In this document: positions 1 to 13,122 of the stretch, piece by piece | Layout: the number at the start of each line of letters is the position of its first letter | Position numbering within the stretch: position 1 is the stretch's first letter | Source: Podarcis cretensis | Lineage: Eukaryota | Assembly (NCBI GenBank): GCA_951804945.1 | Contig: OX638153.1 | Coordinates: 26,350,001 to 26,414,000 of the forward strand | DNA length: 64,000 bases | Reading direction: 5' to 3' | The notes under the pieces: generated by a model | Told to the model about the DNA's origin: nothing | Databases searched by the model: none | What the model saw: the letters and a program-made list of their open reading frames with translations, nothing else | Position numbers and translations under genes: made by a program

Positions 1-390
1 AGGGCCTATCTTGCCTGTTTCTGTGATACAGACTGAACCTGTTGCGCTTGGCAGTGGAGAGTTTTACATTCCCAAAGTGTTAATATGTAAGCCTAACTGG
101 CTGGCACATTCTGCAGTTTGAAAGCTCTGAAAGCACACTTGCATGGCCATAAGCAACCAAATTAATTTAAAAGCTACGGGAGCTTTTGCACAATTCTCTG
201 GAGAAAGACGTATACAGTGGTGTCTATACTGTGCGAGCATAATGTAACTTACATAAATTAATGCATATGAACAGTGAAGCATGACTTAAGGGCTTGTGTT
301 GGCTTGTAGTAGAAAGAATGGGTAATTTGTTGGATGGTTTGCATAGCCCATTTACCAAAGTAATATTTCTCTTTGCTTTTTCTTTTCAAG

Positions 391-470
391 ATCCTCATAT
401 TAAAGTCTCCGGGAAAAAGGAAAATGTCAAAGAAGCTAAAGAGAAGATCATGTCTGTTTTGGACACAAAA
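391..470 (+). CDS. BICC1: BICC1 coding exon (equivalent to human exon 4), end of first KH region
   Basis: ttttcaag|AT CCT CAT...ACA AAA|gtaaga; 80 nt; encodes (D)PHIKVSGKKENVKEAKEKIMSVLDTK, nearly identical to vertebrate BICC1. Upstream exons lie outside the window. Confidence 0.97.
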
Positions 471-2190
471 GTAAGATGAAAATCAATTAACCAGCCCTTG
501 GGCTTGGAATTCCAAGTTCTTGATTTCTGAGACTCAGCAGTGCACCAGCACTTAGCATTCCTGAACCTTCTTAGGTTACATTAAAAAGCAAACGTTTTCA
601 CTGAAATTTAACATTTACATGGCTTAAAACAGCCAGTGATTATTTCCATCTTTAAATTTGATGTGCTTTCAAATAATCTCAAGCAGTGCAGCTTTGCATG
701 CTGCAAAATGAGTCAATGACAGCATCCAGCAGGAACGCTGGAGTATTTTTATTTTTTTTAAGAACTTGGGGGTTTTGTAACTGGACAGTTTTCTTTTTTA
801 ATTCATGAGCAGCCTGATCCCATGGAATCCTTACCAAAAGAAAAAAAAGCTGCTTTGGCACAAGCTGCTGTCTGCACTGCAGCAACTAAATTTGAGCTCT
901 ACATCCCATTTGGTTACAGTTTCATGGAAAATCCCCCTAAGAGCTGTCAAGTCATGCAGATGTGCTAATGCAGTTGTTTTAATGGGTGGGGTAAAAATTA
1001 CTTGCCATGGGCACACTATCTGTACTTGGTCACAGAGTGGGCATTAAAGGTCATGAGAAATATTTGTTAACGTGTTAAATTATGTATTGTGCAATTATCA
1101 CAAAAAGAAAACTGCATCTTCAGTGTAGCGTTTGGAAAAGCTATGCAAGAGTTTGCAGAGACGCTTAGGGCAGTACATGACCCGTGAGGTTAGCCCTGAA
1201 GCTTCTCTTTGGATTTAGCCCAGCAAAGTAGAGCCCTTTAAACCACTTAAATATGGCTGTGGCTGAGAGAAGTAAATAGACATGTAATGCTGGTGTGCTG
1301 CTTGCTGAATGAGCAGCAACAGCAGCCCATTTGTTTTCTGCAAATGCTTTTAAGCAGGCAAAATAGTTTTGCTTATACATCATACTAAGCAATACCATGG
1401 TGTAGTGCAAAATGTGCCGACTGCAGGGGAGGATATTGCAGCCACTTTCCTACTTCCTGGTTTTTTTTTTTCCTGCTGCAGCATGCTAAGAGCTAAGCCA
1501 TAGTGTGGCTTAATGTGTCATCTGAACCTAGCTTAGCTCTCCCGGATAAACCACAAGCTGTAAACCACAGAACAAACCATGGTTATAGTTCATGACATAC
1601 TCTGGAGAGTTAAACCACAAGCCTAGGTTTACATAGCATGCTAAGGCAGACATGACATAGCTTTCAACAGTGCAGCGGCAAAACAACCAGAGAAGAGCGT
1701 AGTAGTCATGAAGTTTTTTTTCTCTGGGAGCCTGCATCCTTATGCATTAGTGCCAAACTATGATTTGGCTGCTGCTGCTTCTTCTATAAATTTGTTAGTC
1801 ACTTCATCTTGCCCAGGGCAACCCAAAGTGACTTACAACCAACCAAACAGACAGTAAACCCCACATAGATACCTTAAAACCAAGAGGAAAGATAAATCAA
1901 TTAAAAGCATCCCACCCACTTCTAAAAGGCCACAGATCGCTAAATGTCAAAGGCCTGGTTATGGAAGTAAGTTTTTGCATGTCAACTAAACATACATAAA
2001 GATGGCACCAGGCAGGCTTCCCGAGCTTAGCATAACATAATACAGCAAGAATGTTCCTCAGCAATGTAACCTTGGTGTTCCATTAAAGGTCTAGAATCAT
2101 ACTCTGTTTGCCCCAGATTTTAGCAGTCACTCCCAGCATAAATCAGCCGAGGGGTAGCTCCTTGTTCTAAACCTTTATTTACCTATTGCT

Positions 2191-2223
<33 letters not shown>
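2191..2223. repeat. (TAG)11 microsatellite
   Basis: Read directly. Confidence 0.95.
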
Positions 2224-2225
<2 letters not shown>

Positions 2226-3341
2226 TTTATTGCAAATACTGGTCAGAGGCTTAATAAATGCCAGAGTAAAATGCAAGGTAATGGTCCTTGAGGCACACCT
2301 TATCATAAAAAATTTTCATTACTCCAGTGGGGTGTTTTTTTTTCTTGGTTTGTATTTATAACATGTCATCCATTTGCCTTAACCCTTGGCTGTGCCAGCA
2401 ATTTCAATATAATTTACAGCCCTAATATTTGCCCAAGGCAAATCTCAAGCATTTAAGAATTGTGGAGAGCAGGTTGTTTTGGCTGAATGAATCGCATGGG
2501 GTAGCTTATTCAAAGCTCAAAACCTGTGTCTGTAGTTGGGAGTAGATTCATAAGTCTCAAGAAGAGTGGTCCTTCCCGCAAGCATCTTCCTTTAACGAAG
2601 GAAGGGAAATGGTTAGATTCATGGGAACTGGGAGGCATAGGATTACTGCTTCCCCCTTCTTCGCCCTTCTCTGCTCCCGTGGCTTTAAGAGCAGGCAGGT
2701 TCACAGAAAGTTAGTAGATAAAGAGGACTCTCACCTGCTCAACTACTCAGTTTCAGGCTGGGAGAGAGGTAAGGGAAGCAGCTCCAGTGAACAGTTGAGA
2801 ACATAAGATAGGGATAGGGTACCTATGGCCCTCCAGAGGTTCACCACTCTCTCCATTGAGCATGCTCATTGGGGCTTATGGGAGTTGGAGGTCCAGCAAC
2901 ATCAGCAGGGCCACAGACTCCCCAATTCCTGGTCAACAGATGTCTCACAAGTACTTAACCATCTGATAACAAATACAGAAGAATATAGGGGTTTTCTTGA
3001 GCAAGTAACCTTCATTTACCAATTTGTGATGTCCACTTGGAGGGAGGAAGTTTCATTAATCCACCATTTGTATGCAGAACCTTATGCATTCTGTATCAAA
3101 ACAATTTTCACCTACTCCACAGTGCTTCACTTGTTAAATTACAGGGCAAAAATATGTGGCCTTTTTTTAATGGCTCTGAAATGTCAACAGTAGAATGGTA
3201 CTCAGATTTGAAAATGAAAACTGTTCCATTTAAGCTTCCGTTCAGGTTTTTCATAAAGTGTGGGACAAAGGCAACTTTAATATATATATCCTGCATTGGA
3301 AGAATGTAATAAAATAAACTTCTGACCTTTCCCCCCTGCAG

Positions 3342-3500
3342 AGTAATCGAGTCACTCTGAAGATGGATGTGTCCCATACAGAGCATTCTCATGTGATTGG
3401 AAAAGGAGGAAATAACATTAAAAAGGTGATGGAGGAAACGGGGTGCCACATCCATTTTCCAGATTCTAATAGAAATAACCAAGCAGAAAAAAGCAATCAA
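3342..3500 (+). CDS. BICC1: BICC1 exon 5, KH domain with GKGG loop
   Basis: ctgcag|AGT AAT CGA...AAT CAA|gtgagt; 159 nt; SNRVTLKMDVSHTEHSHVIGKGGNNIKKVMEETGCHIHFPDSNRNNQAEKSNQ. Confidence 0.98.
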
Positions 3501-4109
3501 GTGAGTATATATTTTTCATCCGCTGCATTGAGTCGTAATATCCATACGTATGAGTCAGGGCTTTGTTCATGTCAATGGCATCTCAATACATTTTGCTAAT
3601 TGAGACAAAAGACATTCACCCACCCTAGATACCTTTCTGTCCTACTCCCAAGCCTCTTCTGCCTAAGGCGACTACCTTCAACTTGCCTCTGAGTAAGGGG
3701 GGCTTTGTTTATGTCCTTGGGCGTAAGTGAGTATGGAGAGAAACTTGAAGCAATGAATCTTAAAAGTTTTCTCAGCCAAACAAATCGCTTGCTGAAGTGA
3801 TCAGAAAGTATTAGATTGCATTTTTATTACAAATGCAATGGCTGTCCTTGAAATAGCACCTCTTGTGGTCCAGTCGGTTTTGTTACATAATTTTAAAATA
3901 GCATTTAAGCACTTCTTGAATGAACTTTGATTATGTATCTAATAGGAACCTTGCATAGTTTGAAAAATGTTGCAGTGGGGGAGGGTAGTAAGAAATCAGA
4001 ACTTCCAATTACGTTTTAAGCGTCAAGGATAACCAACAGATTCATAACCATTAATCACAATGGTTGAATTCATTGTTACAATTTCAATCTTACATTTATA
4101 CTTCCACAG

Positions 4110-4163
4110 GTGTCAATTGCAGGACAACCAGCTGGAGTTGAGTCGGCCAGAGTTAGAATACGG
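4110..4163 (+). CDS. BICC1: BICC1 exon 6
   Basis: ccacag|GTG TCA...ATA CGG|gtaatt; 54 nt; VSIAGQPAGVESARVRIR. Confidence 0.97.
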
Positions 4164-4712
4164 GTAATTATCAGATGCTGGTACCTAACTGGTGCCTTCC
4201 ATTGAGCCCTCCTGGCTCCTTCCTCATGTCCTTGAAATAAGTTTTTTATATAAGTCCCTTGACCCAGAAAGTAGAAAACCACTCTGGCTGCTGTCTACTT
4301 TGGGGGTGCTGCAGAACTGCATAGTTCTGAGGATGTACTAGTTGTAGCAGATATTTACAAACCTCATTTCAAACCACTTGTGTTCACCCTATTTTTATTT
4401 GCTGTACTGACAAATTTATGGACACATTCTGTGGATTAAAAGTCCCAGAAGATGCAACAACAGTTTGTAGATTTTAATATTCACCCTATGTTTCTGGTAT
4501 CATATCTACCTATTCCACTGCCAAATTGAGGTGAAATGTGATAATTTGATGCTTTCTGGTAGAGGTTGTGCAATGTAAGATGGTGGGCAGCATAAAACAG
4601 CATTTAAGGCTGCTTGACTTGGAATTTTGAATATATACCTTCATGATAGGCCAGATAAGTTCTTCCTTGTGTTGAACTTTTGCTTTTCTTTTGTTCCTAA
4701 TCACTGTTCCAG

Positions 4713-4907
4713 GAGCTGCTCCCATTGGTGCTGATGTTTGAATTACCTATAGCTGGAATCCTTCAACCGATCCCTGATCCCAATTCTCCTACAATTCAGC
4801 ATATATCTCAGACATATAATATTTCAGTATCCTTTAAACAGCGTTCTCGGACATATGGGGCTACAGTCATCATCAGAGGATCTCAGAATAATGCTAGCTC
4901 TGTGAAG
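4713..4907 (+). CDS. BICC1: BICC1 exon 7 (KH-like)
   Basis: ttccag|GAG CTG...GTG AAG|gtaaca; 195 nt; ELLPLVLMFELPIAGILQP...GSQNNASSVK. Confidence 0.97.
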
Positions 4908-6036
4908 GTAACATCTTAGCTGATACTACTGTGGTTGTACTGAAGGCACAGATGGATGCAGTATCTGTTCTTGTTGCTGTGCTTGGATTTGTGTGGCTTG
5001 CAGTCCCAGTCAGTAAGAGGAAACTGCCTGTTTCTGCCCAAGAGAAAGGAGTGAATTGTTTAACATAGCCTTCTTTCAATGGTGTGCATATGCACAATGG
5101 AAACTGCAGTTTGTGCTATTCTTCAGGTCATAACCCTGCAATATCCTAGTTCCATGTGTTACCTGCACATGTTTAGAGACTGAAACTTGAGCCCGTTTCA
5201 CACATCAGACTAAGTGGGTAAGATCAACATGTGTTTGAGTTGAGAGGACAGCCACCGTCTAGCAGAAAGACACAGTTTACCTCTGTGCACTAATCATGCA
5301 TTCTGATGTGCTTAGGCCTCATAGTCTGTGGTCCTTAGTCCTGATCTTGCTAGGTAGCAATTGTAGCATTTTGGGCAAAGCCACGTTGGATTGCATGTGT
5401 GGACACATTGAGTCTAATGACAGACATAAGCATGGCAGGCCTGGTGACAGGCAGCTAGTCATGATCTCTGTGCCACATGTGGTATGTTCACCTAATTTAT
5501 CCATTTTGGAATATTGTGGAGTACCAAAAGGATGGATCTCTTAGAGAATTTGTTATGCATTCCAACATAAGTGATTTCCTGTGTCTGTCCATAGATGTCA
5601 TTCAGATGCATTTTTCACCTATTTCATTCATTTTTAATATCAGATAATCAGACTTTTTAAGGAAGCTGCTACTTTCTTAATTTAGAAACCCAATCCGTTG
5701 TGGTCAAGTACAAATTGCCACTCCCTGAATTTTAAGTTGTCTCTACCGCACTTGTAATCTACCCTTGCTTAATGCCGTTTTCAGGGTATTTAGATAGGAT
5801 TTACTCCCATTTTATCCTCACACAAAATATAGCCGCTTTATGAGACTGACTGTGTGTTGGGGAGGAGATAATCTAGTATGGATTGAATAAAATAGAATAT
5901 ATATATTGCAGCACTGGATACACAAGCGTGCATATTAATCCTTTTGCTTTAATTGGGATAAGTCTCATTCATTTCTGTATGCAGAATATATGGGGAGCAA
6001 CCTGATATAAACTTTTCTCAAACTTCTTTTAAATAG

Positions 6037-6288
6037 GAAGGAACAGCTATGCTCTTGGAACACCTGGCTGGTAGCTTGGCTTCTGCAATCCCCGTGAGCA
6101 CACAGCTGGATATAGCAGCTCAGCATCATCTCTTTATGATGGGTCGGAACGGCAGCAACATCAAGCATATAATGCAGAGAACTGGTGCTCAGATCCATTT
6201 CCCTGATCCCAGTAACCCACAGAAGAAATCCACAGTCTACCTCCAGGGCACTATTGAGTCAGTCTGCCTTGCCAGACAGTACCTCATG
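6037..6288 (+). CDS. BICC1: BICC1 exon 8, KH domain with GRNG loop
   Basis: aaatag|GAA GGA...CTC ATG|gtatgt; 252 nt; EGTAMLLEHLAG...MMGRNGSNIKHIMQRTGAQIHFPD...ARQYLM. Confidence 0.98.
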
Positions 6289-6599
6289 GTATGTACATTA
6301 AAACTGTGGAAATTGTCAAGCAACAGCAGCAGCAACAAAACACTGCAGTCACGGGGCAATTCACTGGTACTCAAATGAATGATAAGGCTGTAGGTTTGTC
6401 AGCAGTTATGCAGTCAATAGGGATCTGCTGCTGTTTCCAGATCTGCAAGACCAGGGGTTCCCAGTTCTTGCTGGAGTGGTAAATCTGTGTCTAGACTGTC
6501 TCGCTTCAGGCTGATCTGGATTTGTGTGATTTGAATGCTCCTCCATACAAAAGGAAAATATAAAAAACTGGAATGTTAAAAACAAGGTTTGGGTTTAAC

Positions 6600-6725
6600 C
6601 AGTTCTGTTTTTCTAGAAAAAGAGGTGCTGTAACTCACCACGAACACCTCCCTTGTTCTCTTACAGTGACAATGGCATCCACTTGAGAGGTGCCAGAACT
6701 GAGTTCCGGCTGGAAAAAAGCCCTG
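6600..6725. mobile_element. Small non-autonomous hAT MITE
   Basis: Ends cagttctgttttt...aaaaaagccctg; 8-bp flanks ggtttaac / ggtttaat. Confidence 0.65.
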
Positions 6726-8471
6726 GGTTTAATCCTCCCTACTTCACTTATAGTTTCCTCTTGCAGAGGGATTTTTGTGCATGGAGTAGCAATCAGTCAT
6801 GTGAGCCAAAACCGGGTTTGCCACCTCAGCAAGAACTTGGCATTGAGCATATGATGATTTATGTATGTGATTCCAAATACAAGTGTGTCCCATTCACAGG
6901 CTACCTTCTTAGGTGTACACAAACATAATCGGTTTGATAGGGTTAAGGGACTCCTTAATTAAATTGTGCATGATTTAACCAATGAGTTACTAACATGAAG
7001 CCAATGTTTATCTGTTTTCTAAGTAATTTAAATATGCCAATACCTCAGCACAAAGGTTTGCAAAGATCTGGTGGGAAATTCTAGCGTTAGTGGCTCAAAT
7101 CAGTGACATTTGAGTTCCAGCCCAAAAACTGTTTACTTGAATTTCATGAACTATGGGTTTTGGAATTTGAGAATTATAAGTACAGGGAATTGAATTTTGA
7201 ATGCCCATAGCCTAAAACAGCAATAGTGAGGGTCCAAGTTAGCAGATTTGTAAAAAAACACATCCAGTTGACAAGAACTAACATGGCCATTCTTTCTTTC
7301 AATGCTGCAAGGGAGTGCACATATAATGGGATGGTAAGTTATCTATAATATGTTGTTAATGTTGACTATCCAACTAGTAGTATTCAGTGTGGAGGAATAA
7401 ATTTAATCTAGAATTATGCTTTTTAAGAAATGCTCATAGAGAACACCATAAGGGATACTGATTAGTTTCTATGTAAGAATGACAGAAAGCTTAAATTTAA
7501 AAGCCCCTTTTTAATGCTCAGAAGAGCAGCAGAGGTTTTTTGTATTTTTAAATATAGTGAACAATGATGAGCAGATAAAGTGCAAGAATGATTTTTACAA
7601 GCATGTCATGCTTATTAATTTTATTTATCTTTCTTCAGACAGTTCAGGTTTTATAAAAATATATGTATAATTAAAATGCAACAAGCCAGAAGAAGTCGAA
7701 GCATCCAAAGGAATAAAAGCCGGTTTAAAGCAATATAAAATGGGATGCCTTAAAAGGCCTTCGTGAATAAAAAATACCTTCAGTCAGCTCAGCGCTAGGC
7801 AAGCCTTTTGCAGTGAAAGGAGCTCTAGAATCTGAGTGTTGCTGCAGACATAAGTGTCTCCCCAGCTCACCTTAGATATTGGGGGCAGAGATGCAAAGAA
7901 AGGTTTCTGAGTAGGATCCCTATAAGTGGGCAGATTAAACCGTTAAAAACTGCATTTTGAATTGAGCCCAGAAATTGACAAGAAGCCAGTGCAAATGTCT
8001 GGCCAGATGAGTTCCATGCACCCTTTCCTAGTTAGTGTAGAACATGGTAAGTAGATTACTAACTGAAACTGGCCATCATCCAGTCCATTACCAATCTCAG
8101 ACAGTGGTTCCTTAACCCCTGCCGTCTCACCTGCATTTAATGAGAGGAAGAAATACAGTTTGGTGACAACACTGCTTCCCAAATACCCTCTCTCAGTGGC
8201 TTCCGGTGTTAAATAAGAAAGCTTCATTGCAAAATTAAATATGTCTTAGTTTTTAGGTTCTTGTGTTTTATTTTTCATTCATTTGCAAATGCAGGAAATG
8301 TGTGAACCAATTTTAAGAATCACTTGTGAAAACGGACTGATGCTGCAATCCTGTACCTCCTTACGTAGGAGTAAGCCCCTTCAAATTCAGTGGCACTTAC
8401 TTTTGAGTAGGCACTTATAGGATAATTCTCTGCTTGCCTGTTGATACTGGGTTTTGTGTTGAATCTTTCAG

Positions 8472-8603
8472 GGCTGCCTTCCTCTTGTGCTGATGTTTGA
8501 TATGAAGGAAGAAATTGATGTAGAACCACACTTTATAACTCAGCTAATGGAACAGCTAGACGTCTTCATTAGTATTAAGCCAAAGCCAAAGCAGCCAAGC
8601 AAG
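8472..8603 (+). CDS. BICC1: BICC1 exon 9 (KH-like)
   Basis: tttcag|GGC TGC...AGC AAG|gttggt; 132 nt; GCLPLVLMFDMKEEIDVEPHFITQLMEQLDVFISIKPKPKQPSK (not in the ORF track; translated by hand). Confidence 0.97.
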
Positions 8604-9114
8604 GTTGGTAGAAAACATTCCCTTTTTGTAGGCAAATCAAGCCTTCCTTCTGCAGCCCAGAAATAAACCAAACTAGCTGTTCAGTCAATGGATGTATAGC
8701 ACCTAAAAACAAGACCTGCTTTTTATTGAGAATTATTTCCTGCATTCGCAGAGCACCTCTGCATCCAGTTTGCCCTCTTTAAAAAAGATAATCTAATGCA
8801 CTTAGCTCTGAGAAGCCAATGCTTCTAATAAACTAGGAATGTTATGGAAACTCTATCCCCTTTAACCTTGCATACATACTCAGACCCAGCTCTAGATTGC
8901 ACAAGCAAGAGGGCTTACTCAGTGGCACTTGGGAAACCAGAAGCTAAGCAGGACATGGTTCCCCGCCTATTGCAATGTCTCCACCAAAGAGCCCTTGTGA
9001 TGATGGGCTCTGGTGAGAGGCAAGCAAGGCTTTGACCTCTGTTGTCTATGCCTAGAACCCAGAATGTGCCCCATTGGGCCTGTTCATATTTTTCAGTAGT
9101 ATCTTGCAACTTGA

Positions 9115-9270
9115 GACTTCACTCAGCCGTGAAACTCACTGAGTGACCGTGGGCAAGTCCCTGTCTCTCAGCCTAACCTATTTCACAGGGTTTTAAGGAT
9201 GGGGAAAAAATGAGTGGGGTTATATGCGCTGCCTTAAGCTCATTTGGATATAAAGCAGGAAATAAGTACA
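9115..9270 (+). mobile_element. Old CORE/MIR-like SINE fragment (similar piece at ~45860-45960)
   Basis: gtgaccgtgggcaagtcc...ctctcagcctaacctatttcacaggg core, resembling the 53.2 kb SINE. Confidence 0.5.
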
Positions 9271-9486
9271 ACAAATTCCTAAACGGGTTGCAAGGCCTGC
9301 ACAACATTTGCATACAGATTTGTGAAATAATGGGAAGAGGAGAAAATATATCTCTTTCACGATTTTATAGGAGAAAGCACTAAACAGGGCAATATCCATA
9401 TCGAATCACCACTGGGTAATATCCATCCTATTACCTTGATTTTAACTTATACTATTAACTAATTTGTAGCTGGCTTTATTTGAACT

Positions 9487-9840
9487 GGGACGCAGGTGGC
9501 ATTGTGGGTTAAACCACAGAGCCTAGGACTTGCCGATCAGAAGGTCGGCAGTTCAAATCCCCGCGACGGGGTGAGCTCCCATTGCTCGGTCCCTGCTCCT
9601 GCCAGCCTAGCAATTCGAAAGCACGTCAAAGTGCAAGTAGATAAATAGGTACCACTCTGGCGGGAAGGTAAACAGCGTTTACGTGTGCTGCTCTGGTTCG
9701 CCAGAAGTGGCTTAGTCATGCTGGCCCATGACCCGGAAGCTGTACGCTGGCTCCCTTGGCCAATAAAGCGAGATGAGCGCCGCAACCCCAGAGTCGGCCA
9801 CGACTGGACCTAGTGGTCAGGGGTTCCTTTAACCTTTACC
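9487..9840 (+). mobile_element. Sauria SINE, full length (subfamily A)
   Basis: tRNA-like head gggacgcaggtggc...gttcaaatccc, Bov-B-like tail gagtcggccacgactgg, (ACCTTT)n end; 13-bp TSD ttatttgaactgg (9476-9488 / 9841-9853). Confidence 0.92.
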
Positions 9841-9963
9841 TTATTTGAACTGGCATAATCAGACTATCTTTTTTTGGTTTGTTATTTGTGAACAATGAAG
9901 ACCCTCTTATATTCCTGGTACTGCAGTAAAGCTTTAATAATAAAGGCTTCCAATGAACATGAG

Positions 9964-10619
9964 CAGTGTTAGAAACTGAGATATGAAAGCTAGGGGCTAA
10001 ATGGCACCTTAAGCCTAGGTTATGGGCGCAACAACGGAATGTCTAGGCATACTTTTTTATAACAAGAATACAAAGCTGAAAATGAATGAATTTCAGCTAA
10101 AATATTATGTTCATTTTTCATATGATCTAGTCCAAGGGTAGGCAAACTAAGGTCCACGGCCCGGATCTGGCCCAATCGCCTTCTAAGTCCGGCCCGCGGA
10201 TGGTCCAGGAATCAGCGTGTTTTTACATGAGTAGAATGTGTGCTTTTATTTGAAATGCATATCTGGGTTATTTGTGAGGCATAGGAATTAGTTTTGTTTG
10301 TTTGTTTTCAGAATATAGTCCGGTCCCCCACAAGGTCTGAGGGACAGTGGACCGGCCCCCAGTTGAAAAAGTTTGCTGACCCCTGATCTAGTCCTTCCTT
10401 TGCCCCACCTGCCCCCCAATATTCTTAAGAGGGTGTCTTATCCAGTCTTCAGAGAATAACTGGAAGTGGGGAGGCAAAAAAAGGTCCCCCTTTCCTTCCA
10501 TTCTGCAGTTTTAATCTGAAATCTTAAGCACAGTACTGCACCCAGAGCTCAGAAACAGCTCACACTAATGAAATTCCTGTCACAAAATACGCCTAGAACA
10601 ATGGGAGTTTTGAATACTG
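9964..10619 (+). mobile_element. Non-autonomous hAT element, copy 1 (host of a nested MITE)
   Basis: TIR cagtgttagaaact...agttttgaatactg; 8-bp TSD aacatgag/aacacgag; homologous to 60132-60772. Confidence 0.85.
10133..10385. mobile_element. Nested hAT-Charlie-type MITE
   Basis: TIR caagggtaggcaaac...gtttgctgacccctg; perfect 8-bp TSD atctagtc (10125-10132 / 10386-10393). Confidence 0.88.
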
Positions 10620-11909
10620 AACACGAGGTTTCTAGTTCATTCTTATATTGTTTTAGAGATATAAGCAACACAAATATAGAAACCCAAGCAAGAAAGAATT
10701 GTCAGGTGTTTGTAAAAACTCCATATAGCAGACATTTTTACTAAAATTTCAGGCTGATTGTACATGATGTGAGAATGCTGTTGCACAACTAGTGCCCATT
10801 GCAATGCAGTCTGGATTGGAAGATTAAATGATGGAATAATTCCTTGAGCTCCCCACCACATGGCCAGAATTTGGTTTTCCTTAACCAGAGCTTCTGGAAG
10901 TAATGACATGGCAAAGTTAATAAGGATCTGAGCCTGTAGTGTAGCAGTTGCATTCACCATGCACTTATTCAGTTCAAACTGACAAAATATGTTGTTTACA
11001 TCAATTGATCTCCAGGTCTCCTGTAGATTGTAGATTTAATTCATGTTGGTAACTGCCTCCCTCCCCCTTCAGAGACAAGTAGAAGTACCAAAGGATAAAT
11101 TGTTTTCAACATGTGCAATCTTAAGTTATGTGACCAGAATTGGAAACTTTGAGCAGGGCTATGCAGAATTTCTGGTTTGTGAGTGAACCTTGGTTTGCAT
11201 TAACTACATTGACACATTGCACATGTAACATTGTTAGTGTGTGGAGCGGAAACAGCCTGCGTTCATGAGGCTGGGAGTGGGGGTGGGTGCAGGATATAGG
11301 GGCTCAAAAGGCATGAACTTGAGAGGGAGAATAATCAGTAGCATACACGGTTTGCAGGCCTTCATCCTAAAACGGAAAGAAGGAAGATTTTAGCTCAGGT
11401 ACAAGCAGCATTTTGGTTGTTGGCAAACCTTGCTCTGTGATCAAAGATTAGGCAGAAAAGAGGATGCTGGAAGTTGTGGACTCCATTAAGGCCGACAGGA
11501 TCTCACTTTTCCTGTGTATGTAAAAATGTAGATTTTATACCAGAACTATTTAGTGTAATTCTAAGTAGTTGCAGGAGAAATGAATTTTTTACATAAACAC
11601 TTGTCCCATTTTGAAAGATGATAAAACATACACATTATTTAAATAATTGTGTTTTATCTTGTAAGGGAGAAAATAAACAAGGCTCATTGTGCCATCCCTG
11701 TGTTCCACAGTTCTTCCTTTAGAAAAAGGCAAAATGTTAAGTAATCCCTACAAGTTTTGCAGACCTAACTGCCGTCTTTCTATTAATACCAGAGGATGAG
11801 TTTGGCTCGAGAGTGGGTTTGTAAACAAATTCCTCTAAATGTTGCCAGTTATCAGAATCCCTTGGAACATTTTATTGCATTTCCTTGCTTGCATGTTTTC
11901 TCCTTACAG

Positions 11910-12096
11910 TCTGTAATTGTGAAAAGTGTTGAGCGAAATGCCTTAAACATGTACGAGGCACGAAAATGTCTCCTGGGCCTTGAAAGCAGTGGAGTCCCCA
12001 TGGCAACAAGCCCATCTGCAGTCTCGTGTCCTGTTGGCCTCTCATGTCCTGGTTTGGATATCCTGTCCTCAGCTGGGCTAGGACTTACTGGACTCG
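11910..12096 (+). CDS. BICC1: BICC1 exon 10
   Basis: ttacag|TCT GTA...CTC G|gtaaga; 187 nt; SVIVKSVERNALNMYEARKCLLGLESSGVPMATSPS...GLGLTGL. Confidence 0.97.
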
Positions 12097-12628
12097 GTAA
12101 GAAGTCTACAGTACTTTACTGTACTCCGAAACTTCACACTATGAGTTGGGTTGTGGGACAAGCTGTGTGTTTTAACCATGTATTTAACTGAAGAGGGGTA
12201 ATGGAAGATATTGAGGGTGGGATGTGAAATGACGGCTTTGGGGCAATGCTGTTGGCAATGAAGGAACAGCTGGGGTAAGAGACAAGGATAGGACAGAGTT
12301 GGGTGCCAATGGGATTTCTGATTAAAGTACAAGTCCATTGGTGACCAGTTTCCAAAGAGTGTTGTTGACCTTGCAGCACTAGAGTTTAAAGAGAGAGGGA
12401 AGTGCAGGGCCCCATGTCCAGGTAGCCCCAGCATCACTGAAGGGGGAAGTAGCTATCATGGGAAGTATAGGTTTATGTGGACTCCTCTTTGAAAATGTCA
12501 GTCCTCCAATGTGATATTAAAACAAAATTAATTTGAAGAATTTGATTTATTTTTTTAAAGCATTGTTTCATTAATTCTGTGCAGGCGTGTGAGGAGTAAG
12601 TTACCTGTCTTGCTTTTTTACTTTGTAG

Positions 12629-12787
12629 GCCTCCTTGGTCCAACAGCCTTGTCTGTCAGCACGTCCACCACACCAAATTCTCTCCTAAATGCTCTCAATA
12701 GTTCTGTTAGTCCTTTGCAGAGTCCTAGTTCAGGCACGCCCAGCCCAACATTGTGGGCATCTTCAATTGCCAATACAAGTGCTACAG
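12629..12787 (+). CDS. BICC1: BICC1 exon 11 (Ser/Gly/Pro-rich intervening region)
   Basis: ttgtag|GC CTC...ACA G|gttagt; 159 nt; (G)LLGPTALSVSTSTTPNSLLNALNSSVSPLQSPSSGTPSPTLW... Confidence 0.96.
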
Positions 12788-12918
12788 GTTAGTAGGTCTA
12801 ATTTGTTTGATTAAAAAAAAAACTTGAACTTTTGCATAGTGAACGGTAAAAAATGTTTTTAGAGAGAAGCATGGGATCCAAATTATGAAGAATTCCCAAG
12901 TTCCACAAAGGTTTATGG

Positions 12919-13122
12919 CAGAGCTTTCCCAACTTTTCATGTTGTTGACACACTTTTTAGACATACATCATTTCATGGCACAGTAATTCAATTTTGCTAG
13001 CAAACCGGAGGTTAAGTTAACCCATTTCCAGTCCCAGGAGGAGCGTGGGGAGCATTCGCACAACACACCTACACACTGCAGCCAACACACTAACGGGTCG
13101 CATCACAGTTTGGAAAGCTCTC
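12919..13122. mobile_element. hAT MITE
   Basis: TIR cagagctttcccaact...agtttggaaagctctc; 8-bp TSD gtttatgg/gtttatag. Confidence 0.75.
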
